DNA of 64,000 bases, taken from Polyangiaceae bacterium (GTDB taxonomy: Bacteria; Myxococcota_A; Polyangia; Polyangiales; Polyangiaceae). The DNA lies in contig JBILLK010000011.1 in NCBI GenBank assembly GCA_044376115.1, forward strand, positions 283,628 through 347,627. The letters are read 5' to 3'. Both the position numbers and the translations under genes were made by a program. The notes beneath the pieces are model-generated. The model was not told where the DNA came from. It saw only the letters and a list, made by a program, of their open reading frames with translations, and did not search any database. Position 1 is the first letter of the stretch, and every line of letters starts with the position of its first letter. Below, piece by piece: positions 29,212 to 38,960 of the stretch.

Positions 29212-30212
29212 TCTTCATTCCTCGCTACGTGAAAGAGCCCTCGCTCCTTACCGTCAGAAGCCGTCACGATGGCCACGCTCGAACCAGCACCGAAACCCAA
29301 GGTGAGCCCAAGCGTCCCGATCACGAGCAACAGCGCTCCGCTGGCTGCGCCCACGTCACCAAAATCTCTCGGTACGTTCTGAATGATGGTCTTCTCTGGA
29401 TCGATCGTCGCAGGGTTGCGCATCGCGGCGTAGGTCCATTCCTTTACGCGATGTCGCTCACCGTTGAGGTCTGTGAGCACCCACGGGATCGGGTGCGGCA
29501 GTCTGGGATCACGGAGCAGCTTGGTGAAGCAGGCTGCGGTCGGCGGCCCCTCGAGTTCCTGCTCACCGGTCGCGACCAAGGTGATGGTCGCGAGTCGGCG
29601 TACCTCGGCTGGGACCTTGCGAAGCTTCGGTGACACACACACGAACGCTGCTGCTTCGCCTGGGATAAAGCCGTTGGCCGAGCGCTCCGAGAGCAACCGG
29701 AAGCCGGTATCGAGCGTCGCAATGCGCGCGGCATCGTAGTAGGAGTCGACGCCGCCGATGATGACGCGAATGTCGCCGTAGAGTTGGGCGCGCCCGAGTA
29801 GCGCAGCGAAACCGGCTCGTCCGAGTCGCACCACCGCCGACCGATCGTCGAGCGAGAGGTTCACAGCCTTCGCTAAATCGAAAAGAAGTCGGCTCGCGAT
29901 GCGCTCGTCCTCTCCTTCGTAAAGCTCTGGCAACGACAACAGCAAGATCGTCTTCTCCGAGCGAAGCTGCGGAGGTGCGGACGAAAGCACCTCTTCGAGC
30001 GCGGGGATGGCCAGAGCCAACATCCGCTCGTAGCCCACGGTATCGTCGCTCAGGTTTGCGGAGCGTACGGCGCCTACCGAAACTCCGGTCTTGTCGCGAA
30101 ACCGTGTCCCGCGAGGGTCTGCTTTGCCGGCGCGCCAGAACAGCGCAGTTTGGCGCGCGTCGAGGCCCAAAGGGGAGGAGGCTCCAACCGACCAGACCGA
30201 GAGTTCGCTCAT
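29208..30212 (-). CDS. Beta-ketoacyl synthase-like (PRK06147-type) T6SS accessory protein, catalytic Cys absent
   Basis: VGASSPLG, GGVDS, FIPGEAAA, DLNGE, GDVGAASGA; adjacent to DUF2169. Confidence 0.85.
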   Translation of the reverse strand: MSELSVWSVGASSPLGLDARQTALFWRAGKADPRGTRFRDKTGVSVGAVRSANLSDDTVGYERMLALAIPALEEVLSSAPPQLRSEKTILLLSLPELYEGEDERIASRLLFDLAKAVNLSLDDRSAVVRLGRAGFAALLGRAQLYGDIRVIIGGVDSYYDAARIATLDTGFRLLSERSANGFIPGEAAAFVCVSPKLRKVPAEVRRLATITLVATGEQELEGPPTAACFTKLLRDPRLPHPIPWVLTDLNGERHRVKEWTYAAMRNPATIDPEKTIIQNVPRDFGDVGAASGALLLVIGTLGLTLGFGAGSSVAIVTASDGKERGLFHVARNEE

Positions 30213-31651
30213 CTGGACTCAGCCTTCGCGAGCTGCTTGGGCTTTGCGGCTTGCTGGAGTTCGGTCACGTGATGCTCGAGTTCCTCCGCCGCGCGTGGGT
30301 CCGACTGGAGTCGCGTCATGGTGTTGCGTTCCCATCGAATCCACTCGCCGAGCGAGAGCTTCGCCTGCTTCAGTGCCTTGCTGGGATCCCCTTGGGACAT
30401 GCGGTGTCGCATCTCAGCGAATTCACGCAGCGTGCGCTCTTGCTCCTGAGGGCGAGCGAACGACTGGCTCTCCTGGGCCATCGCTTGCGCGTAGCGGGTG
30501 GCCAACGGCGCCTCGATCGGGTTCTGGAGCGTCTCCTCCATCATGCGCTCGGTCCAGGCGCGACTCTCGAGCGCAAACTTGAACTCGTTCGTGTCGTACT
30601 TCTGAAAAATGTCGGCGCGAGGTCGGCGTGCTTCGTTGAGTTCGGTCTGAATCTTCGCGAACTCCTCGATGCTGATGCGCGTGTCGGGCGCGAACGGGCA
30701 ATCGAGGGTCGAATACATGGCGTCTTCCAGCTCGTCTTCGTCGAGCTCGGGAGGCGCGATCCCGGCCACGGCGTCCTCGTAGCTCCACGCCCACTCGAAG
30801 TGCCCGTGGCCCATCTCACGATAGAGCTCAGGAAAGCCGTCTTCCCATTCGTCGTCGGTCGCCCATCCGATGAGCACCCGGTCGATCTCGCTCGGGTCGT
30901 CCCTGCGGAACCAGGAGCCACGCCAAGTAACCTCGAGCTCGCACTTCTCGACGTCGATGATCAACGTGTCGAGGTGGAGCGGCTGGATGCGACTCTTTTC
31001 ATCGCCATCTTGTGGCTCGACCAGCACGCGGGGGGCTCGTTCCGGGATGCGCGCCTTGAAGTAAGGCTCCGGTTGATCATCCAGTTGGAGGAAGAACTCC
31101 ATCCCCGGTGTCAGCGTGCCCAAGTTGCGAGCAAGCGCCGGGTGGCTGAACGAGTACAGCTCGAAGGGAAAACCCTCGGGATGATCGAACTCGGTTTCAG
31201 CTGGGTTGAGCGCCTCATTGAGCCCGCAGTGTTCCTTCGTCCCGCCGATCACACGCACCGAACGCTCGTCGATCGCGATTCTCCCACCGACGTCGCTGGT
31301 GATGGAGATCGGCGTCTCCTCTTCGCCCAGAACCAGTCGCGCGGTCGCTCGAATCGGTTCGCCGCGTTTGCTCACCAAGTTGAACGACCCGGTCAGCGCT
31401 ACATCGATCCAAGGTTTCGACGGTACAAAGTCGATCGGGCGAAGCAGCGTCTGGGATTGTTCCGGCGTACCGATCATTACGTCCGGCCGCGTGAGACCGC
31501 TGGCGTCGTCGAACGGCACCCTGGTCTTGACGATGATGCCGTAGAGCCCGGTGTCTTCGTAGCGCCAGTGAAGCACGCCGGTTACTTGGGGCGCTCTGCT
31601 CAGCTTGGCCGATAGGTGAGCAGCCGACGTAGCGACCAAAATACGATCCAT
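30209..31651 (-). CDS. DUF2169 T6SS chaperone (copy 2) with C-terminal helical repeat extension
   Basis: DFVPSKPWIDVALTG and LDTLIIDVE...EVTWRG, followed by two related helical units (SIEEFAKIQTEL...; TLREFAEMRHRM...). Confidence 0.8.
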   Translation of the reverse strand: MDRILVATSAAHLSAKLSRAPQVTGVLHWRYEDTGLYGIIVKTRVPFDDASGLTRPDVMIGTPEQSQTLLRPIDFVPSKPWIDVALTGSFNLVSKRGEPIRATARLVLGEEETPISITSDVGGRIAIDERSVRVIGGTKEHCGLNEALNPAETEFDHPEGFPFELYSFSHPALARNLGTLTPGMEFFLQLDDQPEPYFKARIPERAPRVLVEPQDGDEKSRIQPLHLDTLIIDVEKCELEVTWRGSWFRRDDPSEIDRVLIGWATDDEWEDGFPELYREMGHGHFEWAWSYEDAVAGIAPPELDEDELEDAMYSTLDCPFAPDTRISIEEFAKIQTELNEARRPRADIFQKYDTNEFKFALESRAWTERMMEETLQNPIEAPLATRYAQAMAQESQSFARPQEQERTLREFAEMRHRMSQGDPSKALKQAKLSLGEWIRWERNTMTRLQSDPRAAEELEHHVTELQQAAKPKQLAKAESR

Positions 31652-31680
31652 CTATTTCTCCACCTACCACAGCTTGGCTA

Positions 31681-31707
31681 GCGCCTCTCCAGTCCCCGGA
31701 GAGGCGC
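31681..31707 (-). other. Strong intergenic hairpin without U-tail
   Basis: GCGCCTCTCC-N7-GGAGAGGCGC, a 10-bp perfect stem between the effector gene and DUF2169 copy 2. Confidence 0.5.
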
Positions 31708-31777
31708 ACCGACCGACAGCACGGCCGCAGAATCAAGGTTCGGCGACGCCGTTCCGCCGGTAGGCTACACAACCTGA

Positions 31778-33616
31778 CTAGCCGTCATTCTTCGCGAACA
31801 GTGAGCGCAGCGGACGGAACGTCTGATCTCCGTACTTGTACTTCCAGGAGTCCGGGAACCACGAGCCGCTTTCGTCACGTTCCCACCACAAGGCGCGGAT
31901 TTGGAACATTGCCTTAACGCCAGGATCGATCGACCCCTTTTGCAGATCGAAGCCGATGTCATTCTCCGGCGGGTACTTCTTGAGATTGCCGAAGGTCGGC
32001 TTCCATTGCGCGCCACCCTCGACTGTCACAGAACCCAGCCTGCGAATGCTGACCGAGGCGTAGAGGAAGAACTCGAATGCCAAAGGAACAGTTAGGTCGG
32101 CGATGAGAACCTCTTCGTACTCGTTCCAGCCAAAGGAGAGCTTTATCCCTAACTGAACTTTGAAGCGCACGCCGACCTGAGCGTCGGCGACGTAGTCGAC
32201 GATTTTTTGCGCCACCCAGCCGAGTCCGGGAATCGCATTGAGCAACGCACTCAGCGGTACGCCGAGCTTGATCTCAGCGCTCAACAGCTCGGTGCAGGAA
32301 AGGTCCAAGTAAACGGCCTTATTGCACTGGTACTTCTTCAGCCCGATGCTCGGGACGTCCCTGTCCAGCTCCTTCCACTGACAAACGAATTTCGCCGCGG
32401 GATCCTCGAGCAGCTTGATGTCGAGCCTAAATCGAGCGCCGATCGTGTTGAGCAGCCGTTGTCCGGCTTCAGCGAAGGACTTCAACTTCTCGAAGGCAGC
32501 CTTCACCGGCCCGAAGTCTTTGAGATCGAACTCGGCTTCCTTGTAGGGGAAGATCACGAGTTCGAAGCTTTGAGAGCCTGAACAGGCAATCGCTTGAATG
32601 TTGATTCGGCGTGGATCGTTGCGAAAGCGGAAGACCTTGAGCCAGTCGTAGATGCTCTTGATGTTCGTGGCGGCGGTGATGAGGGGTTTGCCCTTCTTCA
32701 TCAGCTCGCCCCATTTGGCCTTCTGCTTAAGCTTCTCGTCGACCACCGCATCGCGGCCGCCGTTCTTCCAGGCTTCGCGTGCCTCAGCCTTCGCTGCTGC
32801 ACGGTCACCCGTGAGCGGCGTGCGATTCTGGACATTGGAGTCGATCGTGTTCGGGTCGAGGCCGCGGCGCACGCGCGAGTCCTTGGCGATTCGATCCGCT
32901 GCTTCTCGGTCGGCCGCCTCCCTGGCCTCCTTGAGGTTCTTTGCTGCCTTGTCGGCCTGATAGGCCTCCTTTTCGGCCTTCTCTTTGTCCGTTAGTTTGA
33001 CGTCTTTCGGTGGCTCGCGAGCGAAGTCAGGGTTCGGGTTGTACCAGTTGACCTCGAGCGTCTGCTTGTCCCCGAAGCGCTCCTCCTTTTTCTCGTTCAT
33101 ATCCCCGCCTTTTTTGCGGGAAATGACCCACTTGGTGTGGGGCTTGGCTTCGGGGCACTCCGGCGGGCCTTGCTTCTTTGCGTTGATGCGCTCGGCCTCG
33201 AGCTCGGTCACGTCGTCGTCGACGATCTCGAGAATCTTGCTGTCATCGAGCGTGCGCTTGCCGCTCTTGAGCAACTTGATCTTGACCATCGAGCAGGCCT
33301 TCTTGGCCTCTGCGTCGACGTTGGGCTTCGCTGCTGCGCCGCCGCCTTCCACGAGCGCGCCGGTGCTCGGCGGTTGCTTGTGCACGGTGGAGTCAGTCGT
33401 GCGCGCCAGGCCGTCTCCCTGCGCGGTAACGGTTGGGGAGCCGTTGGTTACCGTCGCGTTGCCCGCCAAGGTCGTTCCTTGGGTCACTGCCTTCCCGCCG
33501 GAAACCTCGGTGCGCGACTTCGGATTGTCGGCTGCCGCCGTCGGTACGATCGGCGAGGTGTGAGCGGTGCCGTCAGATGCAGCTGACAAACCTTGGTTAG
33601 TAGTAACGCCTGCCAT
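31778..33616 (-). CDS. Putative T6SS effector with degenerate N-terminal PAAR-like (DUF4150-type) domain
   Basis: N-terminal GSPTVTAQGDGLARTTDST resembles the PAAR/DUF4150 'GSPTV-x-x-(E/N)G-x-x-x-AR-x-x-D' signature. Located in a vgrG/DUF2169 operon. C-terminal region unrecognised. Confidence 0.65.
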   Translation of the reverse strand: MAGVTTNQGLSAASDGTAHTSPIVPTAAADNPKSRTEVSGGKAVTQGTTLAGNATVTNGSPTVTAQGDGLARTTDSTVHKQPPSTGALVEGGGAAAKPNVDAEAKKACSMVKIKLLKSGKRTLDDSKILEIVDDDVTELEAERINAKKQGPPECPEAKPHTKWVISRKKGGDMNEKKEERFGDKQTLEVNWYNPNPDFAREPPKDVKLTDKEKAEKEAYQADKAAKNLKEAREAADREAADRIAKDSRVRRGLDPNTIDSNVQNRTPLTGDRAAAKAEAREAWKNGGRDAVVDEKLKQKAKWGELMKKGKPLITAATNIKSIYDWLKVFRFRNDPRRINIQAIACSGSQSFELVIFPYKEAEFDLKDFGPVKAAFEKLKSFAEAGQRLLNTIGARFRLDIKLLEDPAAKFVCQWKELDRDVPSIGLKKYQCNKAVYLDLSCTELLSAEIKLGVPLSALLNAIPGLGWVAQKIVDYVADAQVGVRFKVQLGIKLSFGWNEYEEVLIADLTVPLAFEFFLYASVSIRRLGSVTVEGGAQWKPTFGNLKKYPPENDIGFDLQKGSIDPGVKAMFQIRALWWERDESGSWFPDSWKYKYGDQTFRPLRSLFAKNDG

Positions 33617-33660
33617 CGGATTCTCCTCTCAAGGGGACTGAAAGTCTTAACTTCGGGCGT

Positions 33661-34470
33661 TCAGCGGAAGATCCGCCAACCACTGCCCTGGCGAACGAGA
33701 TAGGGCTTCACCCTCCACGCCGTTCGCGGTTCGGTCTTGTGCTGAGCAAACAGAGCCGGGCCCCGTTCGTCGTCGGTCACGTACACGACACGCCCCTCAC
33801 AACAGGAGCGGAAGCGTAGCTTCTTCGGGTCGAAGGGCTTTAGGTCCCACTCCATCCCGAAGAACTCGGCGGTCTCCTTCTCGAGCTCGCTGCGAGTCGC
33901 GTCGGGGCTGGGGCCTGTGTAGCGAACGAGGTCTGCGATCTTCGTCGACGTGATGTTGAGGAACGCATCAACGTCGCGTCGAACGAACGCCGAGTGGAGC
34001 TCGAACAGCGGTTGAAGCAGCTCCGGCGAGCCATCCTCGCGAATCGCCGCGCGGGGTGCGTTCGCCCAGATCGGATCGGGGATGTAACCCGGCGGTGTGA
34101 ACTTCATCACGTCCGAGCGGATCGGAAATTTCCTCCGTTCGGGCGGAAGGGACTCCACGAAGTCGGGATAGCGAACGTTGAACACGTTCACCTCGTCCTC
34201 GACCTTCATCACGTGAAGGAAGAAGGCCAACTCGAACATGGGCAACGCCGGGATGTCCATGTTCATCGGAGCCTTCTCCACTTCAATCACTACCTCGTTC
34301 TCTCCTGGGATGAGAAACGGGCAGCCGTGGAAGGTCGGCGCGGAAAAGTCCATCGTCGACTTTTCATACATCGGTACGTCATTGACCAAAGCCGTGACGA
34401 ACGTTCCAGCGTTCTGCAGTACTCGGGCGACGTAGGGAGCCGCTTCTTCAGTCATAACGCGATCGCTCAC
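33661..34470 (-). CDS. Hypothetical protein in the vgrG operon (candidate immunity or adaptor)
   Basis: GTG start overlaps the vgrG stop; no signal peptide; C-terminal part looks NTF2/SnoaL-like (AFVRRDVDAFL...GWRIFR). Confidence 0.7.
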   Translation of the reverse strand: MSDRVMTEEAAPYVARVLQNAGTFVTALVNDVPMYEKSTMDFSAPTFHGCPFLIPGENEVVIEVEKAPMNMDIPALPMFELAFFLHVMKVEDEVNVFNVRYPDFVESLPPERRKFPIRSDVMKFTPPGYIPDPIWANAPRAAIREDGSPELLQPLFELHSAFVRRDVDAFLNITSTKIADLVRYTGPSPDATRSELEKETAEFFGMEWDLKPFDPKKLRFRSCCEGRVVYVTDDERGPALFAQHKTEPRTAWRVKPYLVRQGSGWRIFR

Positions 34471-36677
34471 TTTTGCTTGGCGGAGGAGCTTGCGACGCAG
34501 GTTGCGCCGGTGGTGGAGGTCTTGATCGAGCCTTTGGTCTTCATCGTAACCGTGCCGTCGGAGATCACGATCTCGGTATCACCAACCTTGAGCGTGAGCT
34601 TCTCTTTGCCGGTGTAGGTGGCCTGCTTGGAGTCCTCGGTCAGCTTCATCCGACCAGCGAGCAACAGGTTCTTATCGGCTTTGACTTCCCAGTCTTTGCC
34701 GACTCGAAGGAGCCGCTTCTTCTCCACGCGGGTGGCGTGCTCCTTGTCGCACTTCTCGAACAAGATGCCGCCGATCACCTCGATGCGATTTTTGCCGCTC
34801 GTCTCGGTCTTCGACTTCTTGGCGATCTCGAAGTAGAGCCCGCCGACGATGCTGTAGGTGGTCTCGCCGGCTTGGTTCATGTTGGCTTTGACGCTGAACT
34901 CGGTTGCGTTTCCACCAATCGATTGGTTGAAGTTCTGGCCCGATTGGAACTGGTAACTCGAACCAGCGACGTAGGTGGCGTTGCCGCCTGTCTTCAGCGT
35001 GTGATCGGCGGTGACCGTCTCCTCCAACGCCTTGCCCGTGTTTAGCTTGAAGGTCCCACCGATCTCCTTGACCTGGTTGCCTTCGACCTCCGCGGAGGCG
35101 TACGCCTTGAGGGCGATCTTCTTGTCGCCGCCGACTTTGAAGATCTCGTCGTGCCCGACCGTGAGCGAGTCGGTGTTGTCGATCTGCTCCTTCTTGTTGT
35201 GCGCGATGCGGACGTTTTGGTCCTTGTGTGCGGCGAAGGAGATTTGTTCGTTGCCCACGAGATCCTCGAGCTGCAGGCAGTTCATGCCTGTCTCGGTGCG
35301 CGGCGAGGTGAGTGAACGGAGGCTCGTGCGCGTCTTCCACTTGGGCAGCGGGTTGTAGGCAGGATCGCCACCGTTGTAGACGCGGCCAAGCACGATCGGC
35401 CGGTCGGGATCGCCCTCGAGGAACTGCACCATCACCTCCCACTTCGTTCGCGCGACCCCGACCGAATTGGCCGTGTTGTCCTGAACGACCGGCACCCAGT
35501 GCGAGCAGTTGTCGTCTTTGGGTTGCAACCGATCCCAAGGGAAATGGACCTTGGTGTCGCCTGTTTCGTTGGTGTGAATGTCGGCGCCTGCAGGTCCGGT
35601 GGTGAAGCCCGTCAACGGGTTCGGCTCGGTCGGCACGTAGGTCAGCTGTTCGGGCCGGAAGGTGACCGACTCACGTTGAGCTTCGAGTGAGACCTTGAAG
35701 CCGTTGTTCTCGCGGTGGAAGTCGTGCTTCAGGGCCGTCACGACGTAACCGCCATCGCGAACGCCCATTGGCGCTCCGCTCATCTCGAAACGTGCACCAA
35801 CTTGGAGCTCCGCGCAGAAGGACTCACCGATCAAGCGTTGGTGCGCGCAGGCGAGCGCCTCAGCGCGTTTCTTGGCTTTGATCTGACCTTCACCGGGCTC
35901 GAGGTACTCGCCCGGATAGTCGTAGAACTCAGCGCCATTCTCAGTCGGGCCGTCCGCTTCGACGTCCATGTTGAGGCTCGGATGCGCCGGGTTGAAGTCG
36001 CGCAGCGAAACTTTGCCGGCCGTCATCAAGCCGCGCATACCAACCGCCGAGACGCTGTCCTCGTTTTGGTCCAGGCCGGAGCCGTAGCGGTAGGGCAGGG
36101 AGGCGACGCGCGGATCGTAACCGGCGGGGTGATCCCCGAGCACCACGGTGCTGTCGTCGGTGAGGAAGTAGTAGATGCCCTCGTCTTCGAGCAAGCGCGC
36201 TGCGAAGTCGTAGTCGGACTCGCGGAACTGCACGCAGTAGGGCCGCATCACGTAGGACTCACGCAAGCGATTGTCCACGTTGACGCCCATTTGATTGAGC
36301 ACCTGCGTGACGATCTCGGGGGCGGTCTTGTCGCGGAAGACCCGAATGTCGACGCGCTTGCGCAGCATCGCAAGCCGTGGTTCGAGGGTGACCGCGATCT
36401 CTCCTCCACCCGTGGTCCCTCCACGACCCTTGCGAGTCGCCGAGCGCATGAACTCGGTCACGTGCGTGGAGATCCTGCGCACGGAGTTCTTGCGCATCAG
36501 CACCAAGGTCGCGGGCCCGCTGACCACCATATCCGGGTGGATCGGGTCGGTTGACTCGACGTTGAACAGCAGCTCGAACTTGTGCGTCGCGCTGATCCGT
36601 TCCTCGCCCTTGATCGAGCGAACTTCGTAGGACTGTCCGAGCAGCTCCAGAAAATACCGAAGAGGTTCCCTTGCCAT
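34467..36677 (-). CDS. vgrG: Type VI secretion spike protein VgrG (copy C)
   Basis: YCVQFRESDYDFAARLLEDEGIYY, YDYPG, VHFPWD, FLEGDPDRP, gp5-like beta repeats. Confidence 0.93.
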   Translation of the reverse strand: MAREPLRYFLELLGQSYEVRSIKGEERISATHKFELLFNVESTDPIHPDMVVSGPATLVLMRKNSVRRISTHVTEFMRSATRKGRGGTTGGGEIAVTLEPRLAMLRKRVDIRVFRDKTAPEIVTQVLNQMGVNVDNRLRESYVMRPYCVQFRESDYDFAARLLEDEGIYYFLTDDSTVVLGDHPAGYDPRVASLPYRYGSGLDQNEDSVSAVGMRGLMTAGKVSLRDFNPAHPSLNMDVEADGPTENGAEFYDYPGEYLEPGEGQIKAKKRAEALACAHQRLIGESFCAELQVGARFEMSGAPMGVRDGGYVVTALKHDFHRENNGFKVSLEAQRESVTFRPEQLTYVPTEPNPLTGFTTGPAGADIHTNETGDTKVHFPWDRLQPKDDNCSHWVPVVQDNTANSVGVARTKWEVMVQFLEGDPDRPIVLGRVYNGGDPAYNPLPKWKTRTSLRSLTSPRTETGMNCLQLEDLVGNEQISFAAHKDQNVRIAHNKKEQIDNTDSLTVGHDEIFKVGGDKKIALKAYASAEVEGNQVKEIGGTFKLNTGKALEETVTADHTLKTGGNATYVAGSSYQFQSGQNFNQSIGGNATEFSVKANMNQAGETTYSIVGGLYFEIAKKSKTETSGKNRIEVIGGILFEKCDKEHATRVEKKRLLRVGKDWEVKADKNLLLAGRMKLTEDSKQATYTGKEKLTLKVGDTEIVISDGTVTMKTKGSIKTSTTGATCVASSSAKQK

Positions 36678-36706
36678 GTTGGTTTCCTTTGGTCTCGAGG
36701 AGGCGG

Positions 36707-38950
36707 TCAGTTGTGGGAGATCTTGGAGGCGTTACTGTCGACGCTTCCGCCAGAGAGGCTCAGGCCGGTTCCCTCGAAGGTGATGCCGTCCTTGGTCAGA
36801 GTGATGGCGCTGTTGCCGCACTTCACGCGCAGCGTCTTCTCCGCCTCCACGTGCACCGACTTCCCTTTGGCGGTGATCTCCTCGGACACTTTGATCTCCT
36901 GGAGATTGTCGGCGTTGTCTTTGAATTCTTTCTTCGCCTTGCACTTGAGGCTGCCACCCACGAACTCGAACGAGCGCTTCTTGACGTTGGTGGTGCGCTC
37001 CTTCTTGGCGCTCTCGACCTTCGCGCCGCCGACGACCTGAATCGAGTGCTTGTCGGCCTGGTCGGTGAGCGATTGCCCGCTGATGCGGCCGAGGATGCCG
37101 CCCACGACCTTGCTGGTGTTGATCACGGCGTACTCGGTGATGTCACCGAAGGAGATCTCGTTCAAGCTGCCGCCGATCGACAGTTGCTTGTTCTTCTTGA
37201 CGTCCTGCGTGACGCTGTCGCCGGCCATGTAGTTGAGGTTGCCACCGATCGAGCGAGTCTCGCTGCCGGTGACCTCTTTGGCCACGACGTCTTGAACCTC
37301 CATCGTGAGGTTCCCGCCGATCTTGTAGTTCTGGTTTTGCCCGACCTTCTCGCTCATCTGCGCGTCGATGTGCATGGTCAGGGTCGCTCCAACCTCATGC
37401 AGCGAGTCGTTGTCGATCGCCTCGTTTGCACCGTGCCGAACGCGCTTGTTCATGTCCTTCGATGCGTTGATGAACATCTCCTGACGACCGTGCGCGTCCT
37501 CGAAGTAGATCTCGTTATGAGCCGTGCCGCCCTCGCCGCCGCCGATGGTGGGCGTCTTGAAGACCACTCGGGTCATGTTGTCGGGCAGGCCGTAGGCCGG
37601 CGGGTGCTCGGCATCGTGGATGCGGTTCAAGATGCTGGGAACGTCGACGCCGCCTTCCTCGTTGAAGGTCGTCACGTTCCAACCCATGCGCGGCAGCAGC
37701 ATCGAGCCCGGCGCGCCACGTTGTGCGATGCGCATCCACGTGCCGCTCTTCTCATTCCAGTTACCGCGACGATCCCAGTGCAGCTGGGTACGGACTCGGC
37801 CGCGCGCGTCGGGGTGTACCTCGGCGCCCGAGGGCCCAGTGACCTTGCCCATCTGAATGCCGACCTGCTTCGCTTGCGGCGTCGTTCGCAGCGGACGGAA
37901 CGCTAGATCCTTCGGAATTGCTGTGAAGCGGGTGACCGACGGCTTCTTGTGATGAGCCTCCACCTCGACCGAGGTGATCAAGAACTCACCGTTCAATCGC
38001 ACCAGCGGGTGGCCGATCATCACGAAAGTCCTACCCGGCGTCATGCGCGTCGTGATGGCGATGCCAGAGATCCCGCGCCGCGCCGCCTCAGCAGCCTGCT
38101 TTGCGTCTTTGATACGGCGCTCGAGGATCGCGGGCTCCACAGGACCGGCTCCGGGTGCGTCGTAGTCCTCGCGGTGACTATCGCCGTCGGACGCCGAGAT
38201 TCCCATCAGCGGGCGATCCGGGTCGAAGGAACGACCCGAGAACTTGCCCGAGGCCATTCGGGCTTGGAAGCTGACCTCGACCACCGCCTCTTGATCGGGG
38301 CGCATCGAGCTCGGCTCGGCGTAGTTGATGACCGGGATGCCCTCGATCGGCGGAGCCGCTTCGGAGGTGTCCGCGAAAACTACCGCCGAGTCATCGCCCT
38401 CGTGATCGAACCAGTAGTAGATCCCCTCCTCTTCGCAGAGCCGGCTCACGTAGGTCCAATCGTCTTCCCGGTATTGAACCTTGTACGGATACGTCGGGTA
38501 GTCGCGCGAGAGCTCGTAGCGGATTTTGCCCGGGTAGTCCTCGAGCACGTCTTTGATGACTTGCACCGTGGACACCTCTTGCAAGGCGTAGCAATCGCGG
38601 CCGAGGAACTGACGAAACACAGCGGGGCGCATCGTCAACACCGCACGGTGCGTGGAGGCGTCGAAGCTGCGTGCGTGGATGTCGGTCACGATGCCGACGA
38701 TCACGCGCGCTTGGCCTGTCACGTCGCGCACGGTCAACGCCGCCCGGCCACCAATCACGAACGTTAGATCCGGCGGAGGCCCATCGAGCTCAACCTCGAC
38801 CTCGTAGGAGAACAGCGTCGAGAGCTGCTCCTTTCCTTTCACGTGAAGGACGTAGCCTGTGTCCAACCCTTCCACGGAGATCTCCACTGGGGAGAAGTCC
38901 GGGTTCATTTTGCCTTCGATATTCGCAAGAACGGTTTCGAGCACACTCAT
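36707..38950 (-). CDS. vgrG: Type VI secretion spike protein VgrG (copy B)
   Basis: VQYREDDWTYVSRLCEEEGIYYWF, GRVRTQLHWD, LPRMGW, NEIYFED...INASKD. Confidence 0.93.
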   Translation of the reverse strand: MSVLETVLANIEGKMNPDFSPVEISVEGLDTGYVLHVKGKEQLSTLFSYEVEVELDGPPPDLTFVIGGRAALTVRDVTGQARVIVGIVTDIHARSFDASTHRAVLTMRPAVFRQFLGRDCYALQEVSTVQVIKDVLEDYPGKIRYELSRDYPTYPYKVQYREDDWTYVSRLCEEEGIYYWFDHEGDDSAVVFADTSEAAPPIEGIPVINYAEPSSMRPDQEAVVEVSFQARMASGKFSGRSFDPDRPLMGISASDGDSHREDYDAPGAGPVEPAILERRIKDAKQAAEAARRGISGIAITTRMTPGRTFVMIGHPLVRLNGEFLITSVEVEAHHKKPSVTRFTAIPKDLAFRPLRTTPQAKQVGIQMGKVTGPSGAEVHPDARGRVRTQLHWDRRGNWNEKSGTWMRIAQRGAPGSMLLPRMGWNVTTFNEEGGVDVPSILNRIHDAEHPPAYGLPDNMTRVVFKTPTIGGGEGGTAHNEIYFEDAHGRQEMFINASKDMNKRVRHGANEAIDNDSLHEVGATLTMHIDAQMSEKVGQNQNYKIGGNLTMEVQDVVAKEVTGSETRSIGGNLNYMAGDSVTQDVKKNKQLSIGGSLNEISFGDITEYAVINTSKVVGGILGRISGQSLTDQADKHSIQVVGGAKVESAKKERTTNVKKRSFEFVGGSLKCKAKKEFKDNADNLQEIKVSEEITAKGKSVHVEAEKTLRVKCGNSAITLTKDGITFEGTGLSLSGGSVDSNASKISHN

Positions 38951-38960
38951 GGCATCCTCC

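Noticed and set aside
29208..30212. Polyketide or fatty-acid biosynthetic gene
   Set aside because: The catalytic Cys is missing, there is no ACP or AT nearby, and the context is a T6SS accessory locus.
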